DNA from: Caldisphaera sp.
Lineage (GTDB): Archaea > Thermoproteota > Thermoprotei_A > Sulfolobales > Acidilobaceae
Assembly: GCA_049971805.1 (NCBI GenBank)
Contig: JBMFKU010000010.1
Span: 1-52,306 of the forward strand
Length of the DNA: 52,306 nucleotides
Reading direction: 5' to 3'
Made by a program: the position numbers and the translations under genes. Under the pieces are notes generated by a model. That model was given only the letters and a program-made list of their open reading frames with translations. It had not been told where the DNA came from and ran no database searches. This document shows, piece after piece, positions 20,563 through 30,533 of this stretch (position 1 is its first letter; every line of letters starts with the position of its first letter).

Positions 20563-23500
20563 CTAAAATTTATAAAAATATGATACAGAAAATTTATAAT
20601 TCTTTAGTGCTTCTTCAATTATTTCTGTTTTACTGCTCTTTTTTGTTAATATAACAACATAGCCGATATCCATTATTTTTTCTGTTTCATTTTTTCTTAA
20701 ATTACTTAAAATTTTTCTATATGCATTGATTGAAAATTGAGGTGTTTTACCTGTTATTTTTCTATATTCATCTTCAATAATTTTAAGATTTTCAATAGAA
20801 TTTACAGCTATTGTTACATTTTCTTCTCCAAAATTATTTTCTAATTTAACAATGGTTTGAGATATTTTTTCTGCACAATCCCTTAATGGGGTACAATAGT
20901 TGATTGTTCCTAGCTCAGGTATTTTTTTGCTATCAATCCTTTTTATTGGTTTTGTCAAGTATTCATCAATCCTTTTCTTTATTAAGTAATCAACACTACT
21001 TGGTCCATTTCTTGATCTTACATATGTTGCCTCTTCTATTAGTTTCTGCATATCTTCAATTTTTTGAAGCTCTCTTTTTGCAAATCTCAACACTTCATTG
21101 AACATATCTTCATCTAAAAACTTCATTTGCCTTTTTTCTCCTGGAGATAGTGAAATTAATGAAATAAGACCGTCATCGTATGACGACGAAGAATATGAAA
21201 TACAATTTTTATCATTATTTATTTTACTTGTTGATATAATTGCCTCATATCTTTTGTTATCTCTTTTGCAAATGCTAGTTGATAAATTTAATGGCTTCCA
21301 TTCTTTATTAATTCTGTTTAATCCATCTTTAGCAATGCAAATTCCCTTTTCCATTGGTATGCATATATTTGAAACAGCTTCAATTTCTTTTCTATCAACT
21401 TCATAAGCCTTTAAAGGCCCTCTAATTAAGATATAGTCCAAGCTACCTGAATTTCTCAATATATCAAGATATTTAACAGCAGTCCACTCATCCTTATTTA
21501 AAACTTTTAATGGAATCGGTATCAAATCAGCTTTGCCCGAAGAGTCTGATAAAAAGGATTTATAAGCTATAATTTTGTTATATGTGTTTAGCGCTTCACT
21601 GGGTTTTATAATTGACTTTTGAGCAAGAGCCTTCCTCTTCATTATGTCCGATGAATTATAAAAAGTAATTATTTTAGCCTCATTCCCGTCTCTTCCTGCC
21701 CTTCCAGATTCTTGATAAAAATCTTCAATGCTTTCACTAGGCATAGCATGAATAACAAATCTAATGTTAGGTATATCAATACCCATGCCAAAAGCCTTTG
21801 TAACAACGGCCAAGTTTGTTCCATCTCCTTTATTAGAAATTTCTACTAATTTTTTCTCAACATCCTTTCTTTTCGATTCGCTTAGCTTACCATGATAAAA
21901 CAACACTTCTTTATTTATTTTATCTTTAAGCCATATTGATAAATCTTCTGCATTAAACCACCACATATTTTTACTTTCTACGTATGGCACAAATATAAGA
22001 CCTAGATACGGATAAGATATAGTTTTGGCCCATTTTTCTAAAGATACTATATTTTCAGCCAATAAATTAAGTCTTTCATTTCCAGACTCAGGAACTGGTA
22101 TTACATCAAATTTTAGTTCATCTCTTATTGTAGGGGCAATTAAAACTATTGGTTTATTGTTGTATTCTATAGATATTGTTTCTTGGGTTTTTAATGAAAT
22201 CTCATGTATATCGACATTACTATGGTTATAGCCTAATCCATCGATTATATCATCTATTACATCTTTTGGTGCAGTAGCTGTTAAAGCTATAACGGGCGGA
22301 TATCCGTTTTTTCTTAATTTTTGAAGTTTTGTAGCCATATATAAATAGCTTGGTCTAAAGCTAAATCCCCATTTTGATAGTGTATGAGCTTCATCCAAAA
22401 CAACTATAGATGGAAAACCATTTTCAAATATATCATCTATTACATCTGTTCCAAATCTTTCTGGAGTCAAATATAAGAAGTCAAGAAAACCTGATTTTGC
22501 TAGCATTATGATATCTAATCTTTTTGTTTGAGAAATGCTTGAATCTATATATAATGTATTAAAACCCTTCCTTTTTGCATTTTCTACTTGGTCATGTATC
22601 AATGCTTTCAATGGAGATACTATAATTGCTGATCCCCCAAATCCAGAATCTGCTAAAACCTTTGATGAAATTTGAAATATTGCACTCTTACCCGCTCCGG
22701 TTGGCAATATTATTAGCTCTGCTGTCGGATTTTCACTTTTTATCATTTTTAGAAGCGCAGAAATTCCTGTTTCTTGATATGGTCTTAGATTGGATCTCCA
22801 AATTTTTTGAAATATTTTGTTGATTTCATTAATTAAAATTTTATCATCAATTTTTGCTTCTTTAATGTTAGCATTTACTTTCGGATTTACTAATTCAACA
22901 TAATTTTTGTTATTAAAGAGGCCTAAAGCTCTAGATATCGTATTTCCTCCATATTTTGATGCCAGTTCTAGAGCTCTTCCGATATAATATTCATACATGT
23001 TATTTAAATTATTTATATATGGCGCGTTATTAGCTAATCTTTCAGGAAATAGCAATACGATATTATCTGCAACAGAAGAAATTTCAGGAAAAGCTTGATT
23101 TAAACTCCAAGATATTATACCAATTTTTCCTGAATTAAACCATAGTTCTGCATCTTGAATCGAATTAATTAAGATTGAATCAATTGATTTTGATATAATT
23201 TCTGCTAGTGCATTATTAGGGGTTATAATCAATTTTCTTCCTTCTTTATTTATTAATTTAATACTACCTTCAATAATTTTATCTGGATCTCTGATCTCAT
23301 TAGAATATGAAAGAACGTTTACCTTTGATTTATCTGTGCCAGAAATATTAAACAGTTTTGATATATTTGGATATATAAAACCATCAACCCTTAAATTCTT
23401 AATTTTTGAATTGATCCTATCATTTATAGTTAATCCATTAGAATTTTCATCATTTTCTTTGCATGGAATAACTTCACCTAAGTTTATTAATTCTTTTTCC

Positions 23501-24768
23501 CAAAGTGTTAATCCATGCACTAATAAACAGTCTTCTGAATTACCTGTGCAATCTAGCTTAGCATTCTCTATATCATTTATACAATCTAGATCCCAGGGCT
23601 CAACTTGATCATTAATTTTTATTTTGTTTGTATTCTTAACTATATTACTGGCTATTAAATAAGGCAAAGACTTATCTAAGGAATTCCCTCTTTTGATTAC
23701 TGCTGCCTTTGCAATATCACCTCTTCTGTTTTTTAAAACAGCTATAGAAACCCTTGCTGCATAGTCCCACGATGTACCATTTAAAGGTAAATCTTTTATT
23801 ATATATGGTTTCCAAATAGGCTTTATTAAACGGGGTTTATCGGTAATAATAACTTCATTAGATTCGTATCTTTTTATTTCTGTATTGGGTAAGCTATAAG
23901 CTAATTTAACTTCATCTGGCATATTATTCCAATCTATTTTCAGATTCTCTAAGACAGTTTTGGAGATTATTGCTGCATCATATACTGCTTTTGCATTTTC
24001 TACACTCGATGGTATCATTAAATTAAAATATGCAGAAACCAATGAAGGCTCTGAATCAGGGAATGCTATGGTGTATAATGCTTTTGCATCTATCTTATCT
24101 ATATTGTTTTGCAGATTGCAATTCCCCCAATAAATTATTTTCGACGGCTTGACAGATTCTAACAATGATTCCAATCCCTCGTAAGGGTCTCCAATTCTCC
24201 ATTCAGATCCGCTTGGTGGTATTGATATTATTATTCCATCAATATATGCACTTATTTTATTTTTAGTACAATACAGAGATATTAAATCGGCTTTTTTTGA
24301 TAGTATAGATTCTTTCCCTAATATTTTGCTCGCCTCTTTTTCCCATTTTGTTATTCCTAAAGCTAGCAAAGCATTTCTAGCTTCCATTATTGATCTTGAT
24401 GTTACAGAACATCCTTTAGATGAAAGCAATATTAAGTCTTCATATAATCCCAGCCTTACCAAGTAATCAGATAAGTACTCAGAATCCTTTGGGCATTCTT
24501 TCATTTCTCTAATTAATTTGCTTAATTTCAATCTATCTAATTTATCATCATTCAAGAAAAGTTGTGCATATTTTGAAAATTCATTCCTTGAAGTTTTTAA
24601 ATGCCATTCAATTAATTCTATATAAACTTTTTTAAAAATATTAGAAACTCTTTTTTTACTACCATTTAAATATCTTTTAGAATTATAATAAATTAAAGAA
24701 AATATTATGCCAAATAATGTTAATATAACTGCCATTGTTAGTATCTCAATAAGCAAGCTCAACACCAC
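20563..24768 (-). CDS. Large RecQ-family (SF2) helicase with N-terminal TM segment
   Basis: LRPYQ, LPTGAGKS, VSPLKALIHDQV, TPERF, DEAHTLSKWGFSFRPSY, ALTATA, AFGMGID and YQESGRAGRDG; residues ~2-28 are hydrophobic. Confidence 0.9.
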   Translation of the reverse strand: MVLSLLIEILTMAVILTLFGIIFSLIYYNSKRYLNGSKKRVSNIFKKVYIELIEWHLKTSRNEFSKYAQLFLNDDKLDRLKLSKLIREMKECPKDSEYLSDYLVRLGLYEDLILLSSKGCSVTSRSIMEARNALLALGITKWEKEASKILGKESILSKKADLISLYCTKNKISAYIDGIIISIPPSGSEWRIGDPYEGLESLLESVKPSKIIYWGNCNLQNNIDKIDAKALYTIAFPDSEPSLVSAYFNLMIPSSVENAKAVYDAAIISKTVLENLKIDWNNMPDEVKLAYSLPNTEIKRYESNEVIITDKPRLIKPIWKPYIIKDLPLNGTSWDYAARVSIAVLKNRRGDIAKAAVIKRGNSLDKSLPYLIASNIVKNTNKIKINDQVEPWDLDCINDIENAKLDCTGNSEDCLLVHGLTLWEKELINLGEVIPCKENDENSNGLTINDRINSKIKNLRVDGFIYPNISKLFNISGTDKSKVNVLSYSNEIRDPDKIIEGSIKLINKEGRKLIITPNNALAEIISKSIDSILINSIQDAELWFNSGKIGIISWSLNQAFPEISSVADNIVLLFPERLANNAPYINNLNNMYEYYIGRALELASKYGGNTISRALGLFNNKNYVELVNPKVNANIKEAKIDDKILINEINKIFQKIWRSNLRPYQETGISALLKMIKSENPTAELIILPTGAGKSAIFQISSKVLADSGFGGSAIIVSPLKALIHDQVENAKRKGFNTLYIDSSISQTKRLDIIMLAKSGFLDFLYLTPERFGTDVIDDIFENGFPSIVVLDEAHTLSKWGFSFRPSYLYMATKLQKLRKNGYPPVIALTATAPKDVIDDIIDGLGYNHSNVDIHEISLKTQETISIEYNNKPIVLIAPTIRDELKFDVIPVPESGNERLNLLAENIVSLEKWAKTISYPYLGLIFVPYVESKNMWWFNAEDLSIWLKDKINKEVLFYHGKLSESKRKDVEKKLVEISNKGDGTNLAVVTKAFGMGIDIPNIRFVIHAMPSESIEDFYQESGRAGRDGNEAKIITFYNSSDIMKRKALAQKSIIKPSEALNTYNKIIAYKSFLSDSSGKADLIPIPLKVLNKDEWTAVKYLDILRNSGSLDYILIRGPLKAYEVDRKEIEAVSNICIPMEKGICIAKDGLNRINKEWKPLNLSTSICKRDNKRYEAIISTSKINNDKNCISYSSSSYDDGLISLISLSPGEKRQMKFLDEDMFNEVLRFAKRELQKIEDMQKLIEEATYVRSRNGPSSVDYLIKKRIDEYLTKPIKRIDSKKIPELGTINYCTPLRDCAEKISQTIVKLENNFGEENVTIAVNSIENLKIIEDEYRKITGKTPQFSINAYRKILSNLRKNETEKIMDIGYVVILTKKSSKTEIIEEALKNYKFSVSYFYKF

Positions 24769-24833
24769 TATTATTAAGTATTACTATGTTTAAGAGTTAA
24801 AAAGGGGTAACAGGGTTAAATGAAATAAAATAT

Positions 24834-25781
24834 TCATACAGAAACTATGACTGCCATATTTGTTATTAAAAACTTGTACAGCTTTCTCACAGTAGATTCT
24901 TTTATACTAACAGAGTTTGCTATTTCTTTTTGGCTTATATCGTAGTTATTTAACCTAGAAATTAAGTAAACACTTGCTGCAGCTATCGCTTCTGGTCTTT
25001 TTCCGTACAATGTTTTCCCTGAAGATATGGATTCTCTGACAAATCTTATTGACTCTATGGCTAAATCTTGGGGTAAATTTAAATCTGATATTATTCTATT
25101 AACATAAGATAAAACTCTATCGATATATCTATCTGAAGTCCTTTGATACGTAGCTCTAATCATTTCCTGATTTTTTAAATATTTTTCAAATATTCCTAAT
25201 TCATTAAGTTTCTTTTTACCCTCCCATAGTTTATTGTTATCAATATTAAAATATTCCTCAATTTCGCTTTGTGATATATTTAAATTATAAATTTCTACTA
25301 CTTTAGAAAATGCGGCTGCTACTATGGCGCTTTTATCTTTATAAGAACCAGCGTTTTTATCTATATAATTGTGAAGCATATCAGCCAATGTATCCTTAGC
25401 TCCTCTAGATAAATCAAATGTGCTAGCAGCTTTGTTTGCTAATGAGAATAAATCTATTTGAGGTCTTTCATCTCTCGAAACAGCATGCCTAATATTTTTA
25501 ATTAAAGTACGATTTGGTATTTTCATATAATTCCTTTTTTTAGGCTTTTCAAAACTTAGATCCCCTATACCCATATCATGCCTAAGACTATTTATAGCTT
25601 CGGAAGCTCTTTCCACCCCTTTAGTATTTTGCAATCCCTTTTCATTAAATTTACTCCATTCAGATTTCTCACTTATCAAATTTTCACTAACAATACTACC
25701 GCAATTAGGACAGACCAACTTTCCATCAGGCGTTGAAACAAGAGGCGAATAGCCGCAATAGGGGCATTTAAAAGAATTCAT
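24834..25781 (-). CDS. tfb: Transcription initiation factor B (TFB paralog)
   Basis: Zn ribbon CPYC...CPNCG, cyclin repeats, GKRPEAIAAASVY and SQKEIA...ESTVR; SD GGTGA supports ATG at 25781 rather than 25862. Confidence 0.9.
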   Translation of the reverse strand: MNSFKCPYCGYSPLVSTPDGKLVCPNCGSIVSENLISEKSEWSKFNEKGLQNTKGVERASEAINSLRHDMGIGDLSFEKPKKRNYMKIPNRTLIKNIRHAVSRDERPQIDLFSLANKAASTFDLSRGAKDTLADMLHNYIDKNAGSYKDKSAIVAAAFSKVVEIYNLNISQSEIEEYFNIDNNKLWEGKKKLNELGIFEKYLKNQEMIRATYQRTSDRYIDRVLSYVNRIISDLNLPQDLAIESIRFVRESISSGKTLYGKRPEAIAAASVYLISRLNNYDISQKEIANSVSIKESTVRKLYKFLITNMAVIVSV

Positions 25782-25788
25782 AATTTTA

Positions 25789-26082
25789 TCACCTGCTCCT
25801 ATAGTGTCTTTGCCTTTCGCCCACAGCTTTGTGGGAAATAAAAATGGGTTGAATAAAATCAAAATTCTCTATATCTATAGGCTTTATGACAGCATATGGT
25901 TTATTAACATTACCTATAACATCTTTTATTTTTCCTATAGGATCGAGTTTGCTATTAAATACTTTATCATTTATCTTTAATTTTATATTTTTGTTTATTA
26001 TTTCAACTATAACATATTGCATTACTTTATTTTTAGGTTTGCCCAGCAATACTATTTTCTCTTTTTTATTCTTTGACACCAA
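25789..26082 (-). CDS. gar1: H/ACA RNP protein Gar1/Naf1
   Basis: IGKIKDVIGNVNKPYAVIK motif; conserved gar1-tfb order. Confidence 0.85.
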   Translation of the reverse strand: MVSKNKKEKIVLLGKPKNKVMQYVIVEIINKNIKLKINDKVFNSKLDPIGKIKDVIGNVNKPYAVIKPIDIENFDFIQPIFISHKAVGERQRHYRSR

Positions 26083-26328
26083 TAATATCTCCCATCTTTT
26101 TTAGTATTATCCACAAGGTAAGGGTAATACTAGAATATTTATTATTATAGCATAATTGAAAAAATTACAATATCTATATAAAAGTTTCTGAGTTTATTAT
26201 TTAGGAAAGAATCGGTATACTAGGGTAATATTTAAAATTTAGTTTATGAAAACTTAATATAAATTATTATTAGTAAAATATCTTTAAAAATGATTAGTAA
26301 TGAATATTAAATTTTCCTTATGTAGATA

Positions 26329-27246
26329 TTGATTGAGGTGAAAATTATGGTAGAATTGCTTGGATTACATATGCCAGAAATAAAAAGTGGAGATGATTTG
26401 TCAAGGTTGATCTATGAAACTTCTAGAAAGGAGTATGGTGGGTTAAAAGAGTACGATATTATAGCCATTACAAGCAAAGTTGTCTCGAAGTCCAAGAGCT
26501 ATATAATAAATATAAATAGCTTAAAACCTAGTCAAAAGGCAATTGAAATATCTAATAAATCATCTATGGATTCAAAATGGATTGAGCTATTGTTAAGAGA
26601 AAGTGATGATATATTAGCTGTTCTGCCAGTTAAAGAATTTTTTAATAGAAACATATTAAATTTAAAAAACTACGCATATAATATAGAAGATGCAAGGCAA
26701 GTTTTAGATAAATATCCATATTTATTTTTAACTAGAAGATCAGGATTAATTTGGACTGATTCAGGGATTGACTCATCAAATGTACCTGACGATTTATATG
26801 CTATTCCGCCCAAAGATCCTGATTTTGAGGCAGAAACAATATGGAAAAGCTTATCTGATATTGCAGGCAAAAAGATTGCAATTGTAATATGCGACACGGA
26901 AGTTTCGTTAAATGGGGCATCATTAGACAGGGCTATAGGTTGCTATGGCATTAAACCGATCGATTCTGGGTTCGGAAAGCATGATATTTATGGCAAGCCA
27001 AAATATGGAGGTGTTGATAATATTGCTGACGAAATATGTAGTTCAGCTGCTTTGATTTTAAAGCAAACTGATGAATCAATACCTGCTATAATAATAAGAG
27101 GTTTAAAATACGAATTCAGCGATAAAGGATTAAAATATTATAGATTGGATTCTGAAAAAGCTATGGAGGCAGTCAAATTAATTGTTACTAGGACAGGCAT
27201 GATTCTTGGTTATGATAAGTTTTTAAAGTTTTTGAAACTTCTTTAA
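26329..27246 (+). CDS. CofE-like (coenzyme F420-0:L-glutamate ligase family) protein
   Basis: PEIKSGDDL, TSKVVSK, SGIDSSNV, PKDPD, VICDT and ADEICSSAALI motifs; likely start ATG 26347. Confidence 0.8.
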   Translation: MIEVKIMVELLGLHMPEIKSGDDLSRLIYETSRKEYGGLKEYDIIAITSKVVSKSKSYIININSLKPSQKAIEISNKSSMDSKWIELLLRESDDILAVLPVKEFFNRNILNLKNYAYNIEDARQVLDKYPYLFLTRRSGLIWTDSGIDSSNVPDDLYAIPPKDPDFEAETIWKSLSDIAGKKIAIVICDTEVSLNGASLDRAIGCYGIKPIDSGFGKHDIYGKPKYGGVDNIADEICSSAALILKQTDESIPAIIIRGLKYEFSDKGLKYYRLDSEKAMEAVKLIVTRTGMILGYDKFLKFLKLL

Positions 27247-27284
27247 ATATAATAAAGATTAATAGCATTTGATAGTCAAAAAAA

Positions 27285-28256
27285 GTGGTGATAAAAATGA
27301 AAAATATCATGTTGTTGGGTTTTGGTAATGTAGGAAAAGCTCTTGCAAAAGAGTTAATCAGATTTGACAATATAAGTGTTTCAGGAATATTAACAACCAA
27401 AGGCTTATTAAAAATTGATGATAATTGGAAAAATGAACTAGATGATTTTATAAAGAAATATCCAAAATTGAATTTTTTAAATGCATCTATCGAAGAGTCT
27501 ATAGAAAAAATTTTTCCTGATTTAATTATGATAACGATCCCCCCATCATATTACTGCGGTGAACCAAACCTAAGCATCTATAAAATCATTTTAAAAAATA
27601 ATATCAGTGTTATAACGGCAGACAAAACTGGTCTAAGCATTGATTTTGATGGCATATATACATATTCTATTATTAAGAAATTGTTTTTTGGCTATAGGGC
27701 TACAGTTATGGCTGGTACTCCTGCAACAGATGTTGCAAAGGGACTAAGAGGAAGAGAAATTAAAGAAATAAAGAGTGTTTTGAATGCAACATCAAATTAT
27801 GTTTTGTCAAAAGTAGAAAGCGGATATACATTAGATCAAGCAATAGAAGAAGCAAAAAGCATTGGCTTAGTCGAACCAGACCCAAATATAGACCTAGAAG
27901 GTTATGATGCTGCTGCAAAGTTAGTTATTATTTTAAATACATTACTAATAAAATCAAGTTTAAACGATGTTAGAAGAACACCATTAAGATACATAAACGA
28001 AAATGAAATAAGAAATGCAAATAAAGAAGGGAAGAGAGTTAAATATATAGCATCTTATAACGGTAAAGAAATGTTTGTTAAACCAGAAGTTGTAGATAAA
28101 AATTCAGTATTAGGTATGGTAAATGGAAATTATAATTCGATTGTTTTTAGCGTAGAAGGTGAATCAATAACATTAAGCGGTCCAGCAGGTCCTTCTAATA
28201 GAACTGCAAGATCTATGATTACAGACTTGCTAGAATTCTTAGAACGGTTTGATTAA
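27285..28256 (+). CDS. hom: Homoserine dehydrogenase
   Basis: GFGNVG, TADK, ATVMAGTP, NATSNYVL and EPDPNIDLEGYDAAAK motifs. Confidence 0.9.
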   Translation: MVIKMKNIMLLGFGNVGKALAKELIRFDNISVSGILTTKGLLKIDDNWKNELDDFIKKYPKLNFLNASIEESIEKIFPDLIMITIPPSYYCGEPNLSIYKIILKNNISVITADKTGLSIDFDGIYTYSIIKKLFFGYRATVMAGTPATDVAKGLRGREIKEIKSVLNATSNYVLSKVESGYTLDQAIEEAKSIGLVEPDPNIDLEGYDAAAKLVIILNTLLIKSSLNDVRRTPLRYINENEIRNANKEGKRVKYIASYNGKEMFVKPEVVDKNSVLGMVNGNYNSIVFSVEGESITLSGPAGPSNRTARSMITDLLEFLERFD

Positions 28257-28537
28257 TAAATAATAATAAAACCTGTCATTTAAACTGGTAAAATGTTTTA
28301 TAATAATAGCAATACTTTTTTAGTTACGAAAAGTTATAATAACTATTAATATGATGCCCATCCTATTTACCATATTGTATTTCCTAACAAAGTATTACAG
28401 TCCAAATGTAATTAGTTTGATCAAGTATTTAAATTAAACACCAACAATAGAAAAGGTAATATATGTTATAATCATCAAGGTTTTGTGGATTTTTTCTTTA
28501 GCTTAGGAAAAGGTTAAAACATAAACAACTTAAATTT

Positions 28538-28840
28538 TTATTTACTCTTTTTAGCTCTCATTTTATTTATTTCATTTGAGATCATTGCTAACAGCTTTGT
28601 TTTGTTATATTTTTTGTCGATAATAACAGCTTTGTTTTGCTCATACCATAACTTGGGATATTTTTTATCTTCAACTTTTGGATTTAATCCAAGTGATTTT
28701 AATGCTTCAATCATTTCCTCTACACTTGGTTTTATAACAGCTTTGTTTTTATTAACTTTTCTACCCATTCCTCTAGATAAATTAGAATCCAAATAGGCAG
28801 GCCATATTATTTGCTTGTCTTTTTCAGGCAAAAATTTCAC
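28538..28840 (-). CDS. srp19: Signal recognition particle 19 kDa protein
   Basis: IWPAYLDSNLSRGMGRKV and KKYPK motifs. Confidence 0.93.
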   Translation of the reverse strand: MKFLPEKDKQIIWPAYLDSNLSRGMGRKVNKNKAVIKPSVEEMIEALKSLGLNPKVEDKKYPKLWYEQNKAVIIDKKYNKTKLLAMISNEINKMRAKKSK

Positions 28841-28841
28841 C

Positions 28842-29264
28842 TTAACTTGCTTTTTGCATTAATTGTTTTTGCCTAATTGATGATAGCTTAACTTCTTTTT
28901 TCAACCATAATTCCATTAAAGGACATGTAGAAGGTTCATAATATCCCCCTAGTCCGCATTCGTCTATATGAGGGCATGTTGTGCATGGAATGTCTAGTAT
29001 AGATGATAAACTAATGTTAAGTATCTTTGATTCTATAGGCTTTTCTGCAACAAACAATCTATATGTTCTTCTCCCATTGACTGTTACCTGTTCTCTTTTT
29101 ATTAAACCTTTTTTTGACAACCTAAGAACAAGTCTTGAACCTTCCCTGCTGTCTAATCCCATCATTTTCCATAGTTCGCTCTGCAAAACACCTTCTTTGT
29201 ATCCCTTTATTAAATCAAGTGCAGCTTTTTCGTTTTCATCTGAATTCCTTGGCATTCTCAACAC
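28842..29264 (-). CDS. TFEbeta / RPC34-like winged helix-[4Fe-4S] protein
   Basis: wHTH GVLQSELWKMMGLDSREGSRLV plus C-terminal PCTTC-x4-EC-x10-C; probable ATG start at 29255. Confidence 0.82.
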   Translation of the reverse strand: MLRMPRNSDENEKAALDLIKGYKEGVLQSELWKMMGLDSREGSRLVLRLSKKGLIKREQVTVNGRRTYRLFVAEKPIESKILNISLSSILDIPCTTCPHIDECGLGGYYEPSTCPLMELWLKKEVKLSSIRQKQLMQKAS

Positions 29265-29347
29265 CTTTGATAATATCTTAGTTTATTCTATTCTAACCTC
29301 ACTAATAATATATAGGCTAAAAGATTTATATTTTTAGTATTTAGTGT

Positions 29348-29412
29348 AATGATAAAAAGTATAAAAATATGTAAAATAGATTGTTAATCAATGATAAAAA
29401 GTATAAAAATAT
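29348..29412 (+). repeat. Exact 23-nt direct repeat with 42-nt period in a divergent promoter region
   Basis: aatgataaaaagtataaaaatat at 29348-29370 and 29390-29412. Confidence 0.9.
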
Positions 29413-29509
29413 TTATTGATCTTTTTATTGGTGAAAATTGCACAAAAATTTGAAAATAGGTTATTAATTCTTACCATAGTGTCTTATATGGTAATAAAGG
29501 TGAGTAAGC

Positions 29510-29719
29510 GTGGAGGATTCAGTTAAAGAAGCTAAAAAAATACTTGATGAAACAATAGAATTGGCCAAGAAAATCTATGGAAAAAGGTGGATGAGAGAAC
29601 TAAACACAATCGAAGATAGATTAGGGGGAGATCCATATGATGTATTGGACTACTTGAGAAAGGAAGCAGAATCTAAGGGTATAAAATTGGAGAATAATGA
29701 AAAACCTAGCAATTCTTAG
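29510..29719 (+). CDS. Small hypothetical protein
   Basis: SD GGTGA before GTG; plausible charged helical protein. Confidence 0.7.
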   Translation: MEDSVKEAKKILDETIELAKKIYGKRWMRELNTIEDRLGGDPYDVLDYLRKEAESKGIKLENNEKPSNS

Positions 29720-29774
29720 CTTTAAATTTATTTAATTTTCATAATATATATTAAAAAATTAAATGTTATATGGA

Positions 29775-30533
29775 TTATCCGTAATTTTCTTCATATCTTA
29801 AACCTTTAGGATCAGCTTCATTTATTATTTTTAATTCCTCTTCACTTAATGGTTCAATAGTTGCCACTTTTTCGGGAACTAAAATTTTCATGCCTCCTGT
29901 AGATGATAATACTTGGTCTATACTAAAATTGGCAAGTACCCCTCTTAAGATTGGACCATCTTTAGTAAACTCTATCATAGCCTTATTGGTGCATAAAACT
30001 GTTTTTAGACCATTATCTATCCTAGCTTTACCACCACCTGTAATAAAATCAACTTTTTTGACTAAAACTCTTGGATCATGTCTTGCCCATATAATAATTT
30101 TTTTGACTAATGGATATAAAAAAGCTGTTGCTGCACCTCCTGGTAGCTTTACCTTTGGTTTTTCATAAGATCCTATTACAGTTAAATTTATATTAGCATA
30201 ATCATCTATTTGCGCAGCACCAAAATACATTAAGTCCATTTTACCTCTTGCAGCCAAATCAAAGGCGTCAATAGTTGTAACTATTCCTATATGACCTTGC
30301 TCAGAGTATGGATCACCTGTCGATGGATTTATCTTTACTGATTCAGGTTGTGCCATGAATGGTTCAACAACGCTATGCCATATAAAATCTTTTTTTAGGT
30401 ATCTAGCTGCATAAACCATAGCTATCTGGGGTAAAACACTATCTAACCCGTGATAAACATAATCCTTATTTTCTATATGACTTCCCAAGCATTTAATCAT
30501 CAAATCAGTTGGCTTGGCGGACATTAGAACCAC
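29775..30533 (-). CDS. CoA-transferase family I beta subunit (GctB-like)
   Basis: GAAQIDDYANINLTVIGSYEKPKVKLPGGAA and VKKVDFITG motifs. Confidence 0.85.
   Translation of the reverse strand: MVLMSAKPTDLMIKCLGSHIENKDYVYHGLDSVLPQIAMVYAARYLKKDFIWHSVVEPFMAQPESVKINPSTGDPYSEQGHIGIVTTIDAFDLAARGKMDLMYFGAAQIDDYANINLTVIGSYEKPKVKLPGGAATAFLYPLVKKIIIWARHDPRVLVKKVDFITGGGKARIDNGLKTVLCTNKAMIEFTKDGPILRGVLANFSIDQVLSSTGGMKILVPEKVATIEPLSEEELKIINEADPKGLRYEENYG

Noticed and set aside
29348-29412. Possible mini-CRISPR (23-nt repeat twice)
   Set aside because: Only two copies, a 19-nt spacer, very AT-rich, no typical GAAA(C/G) repeat end and no cas genes in the window.
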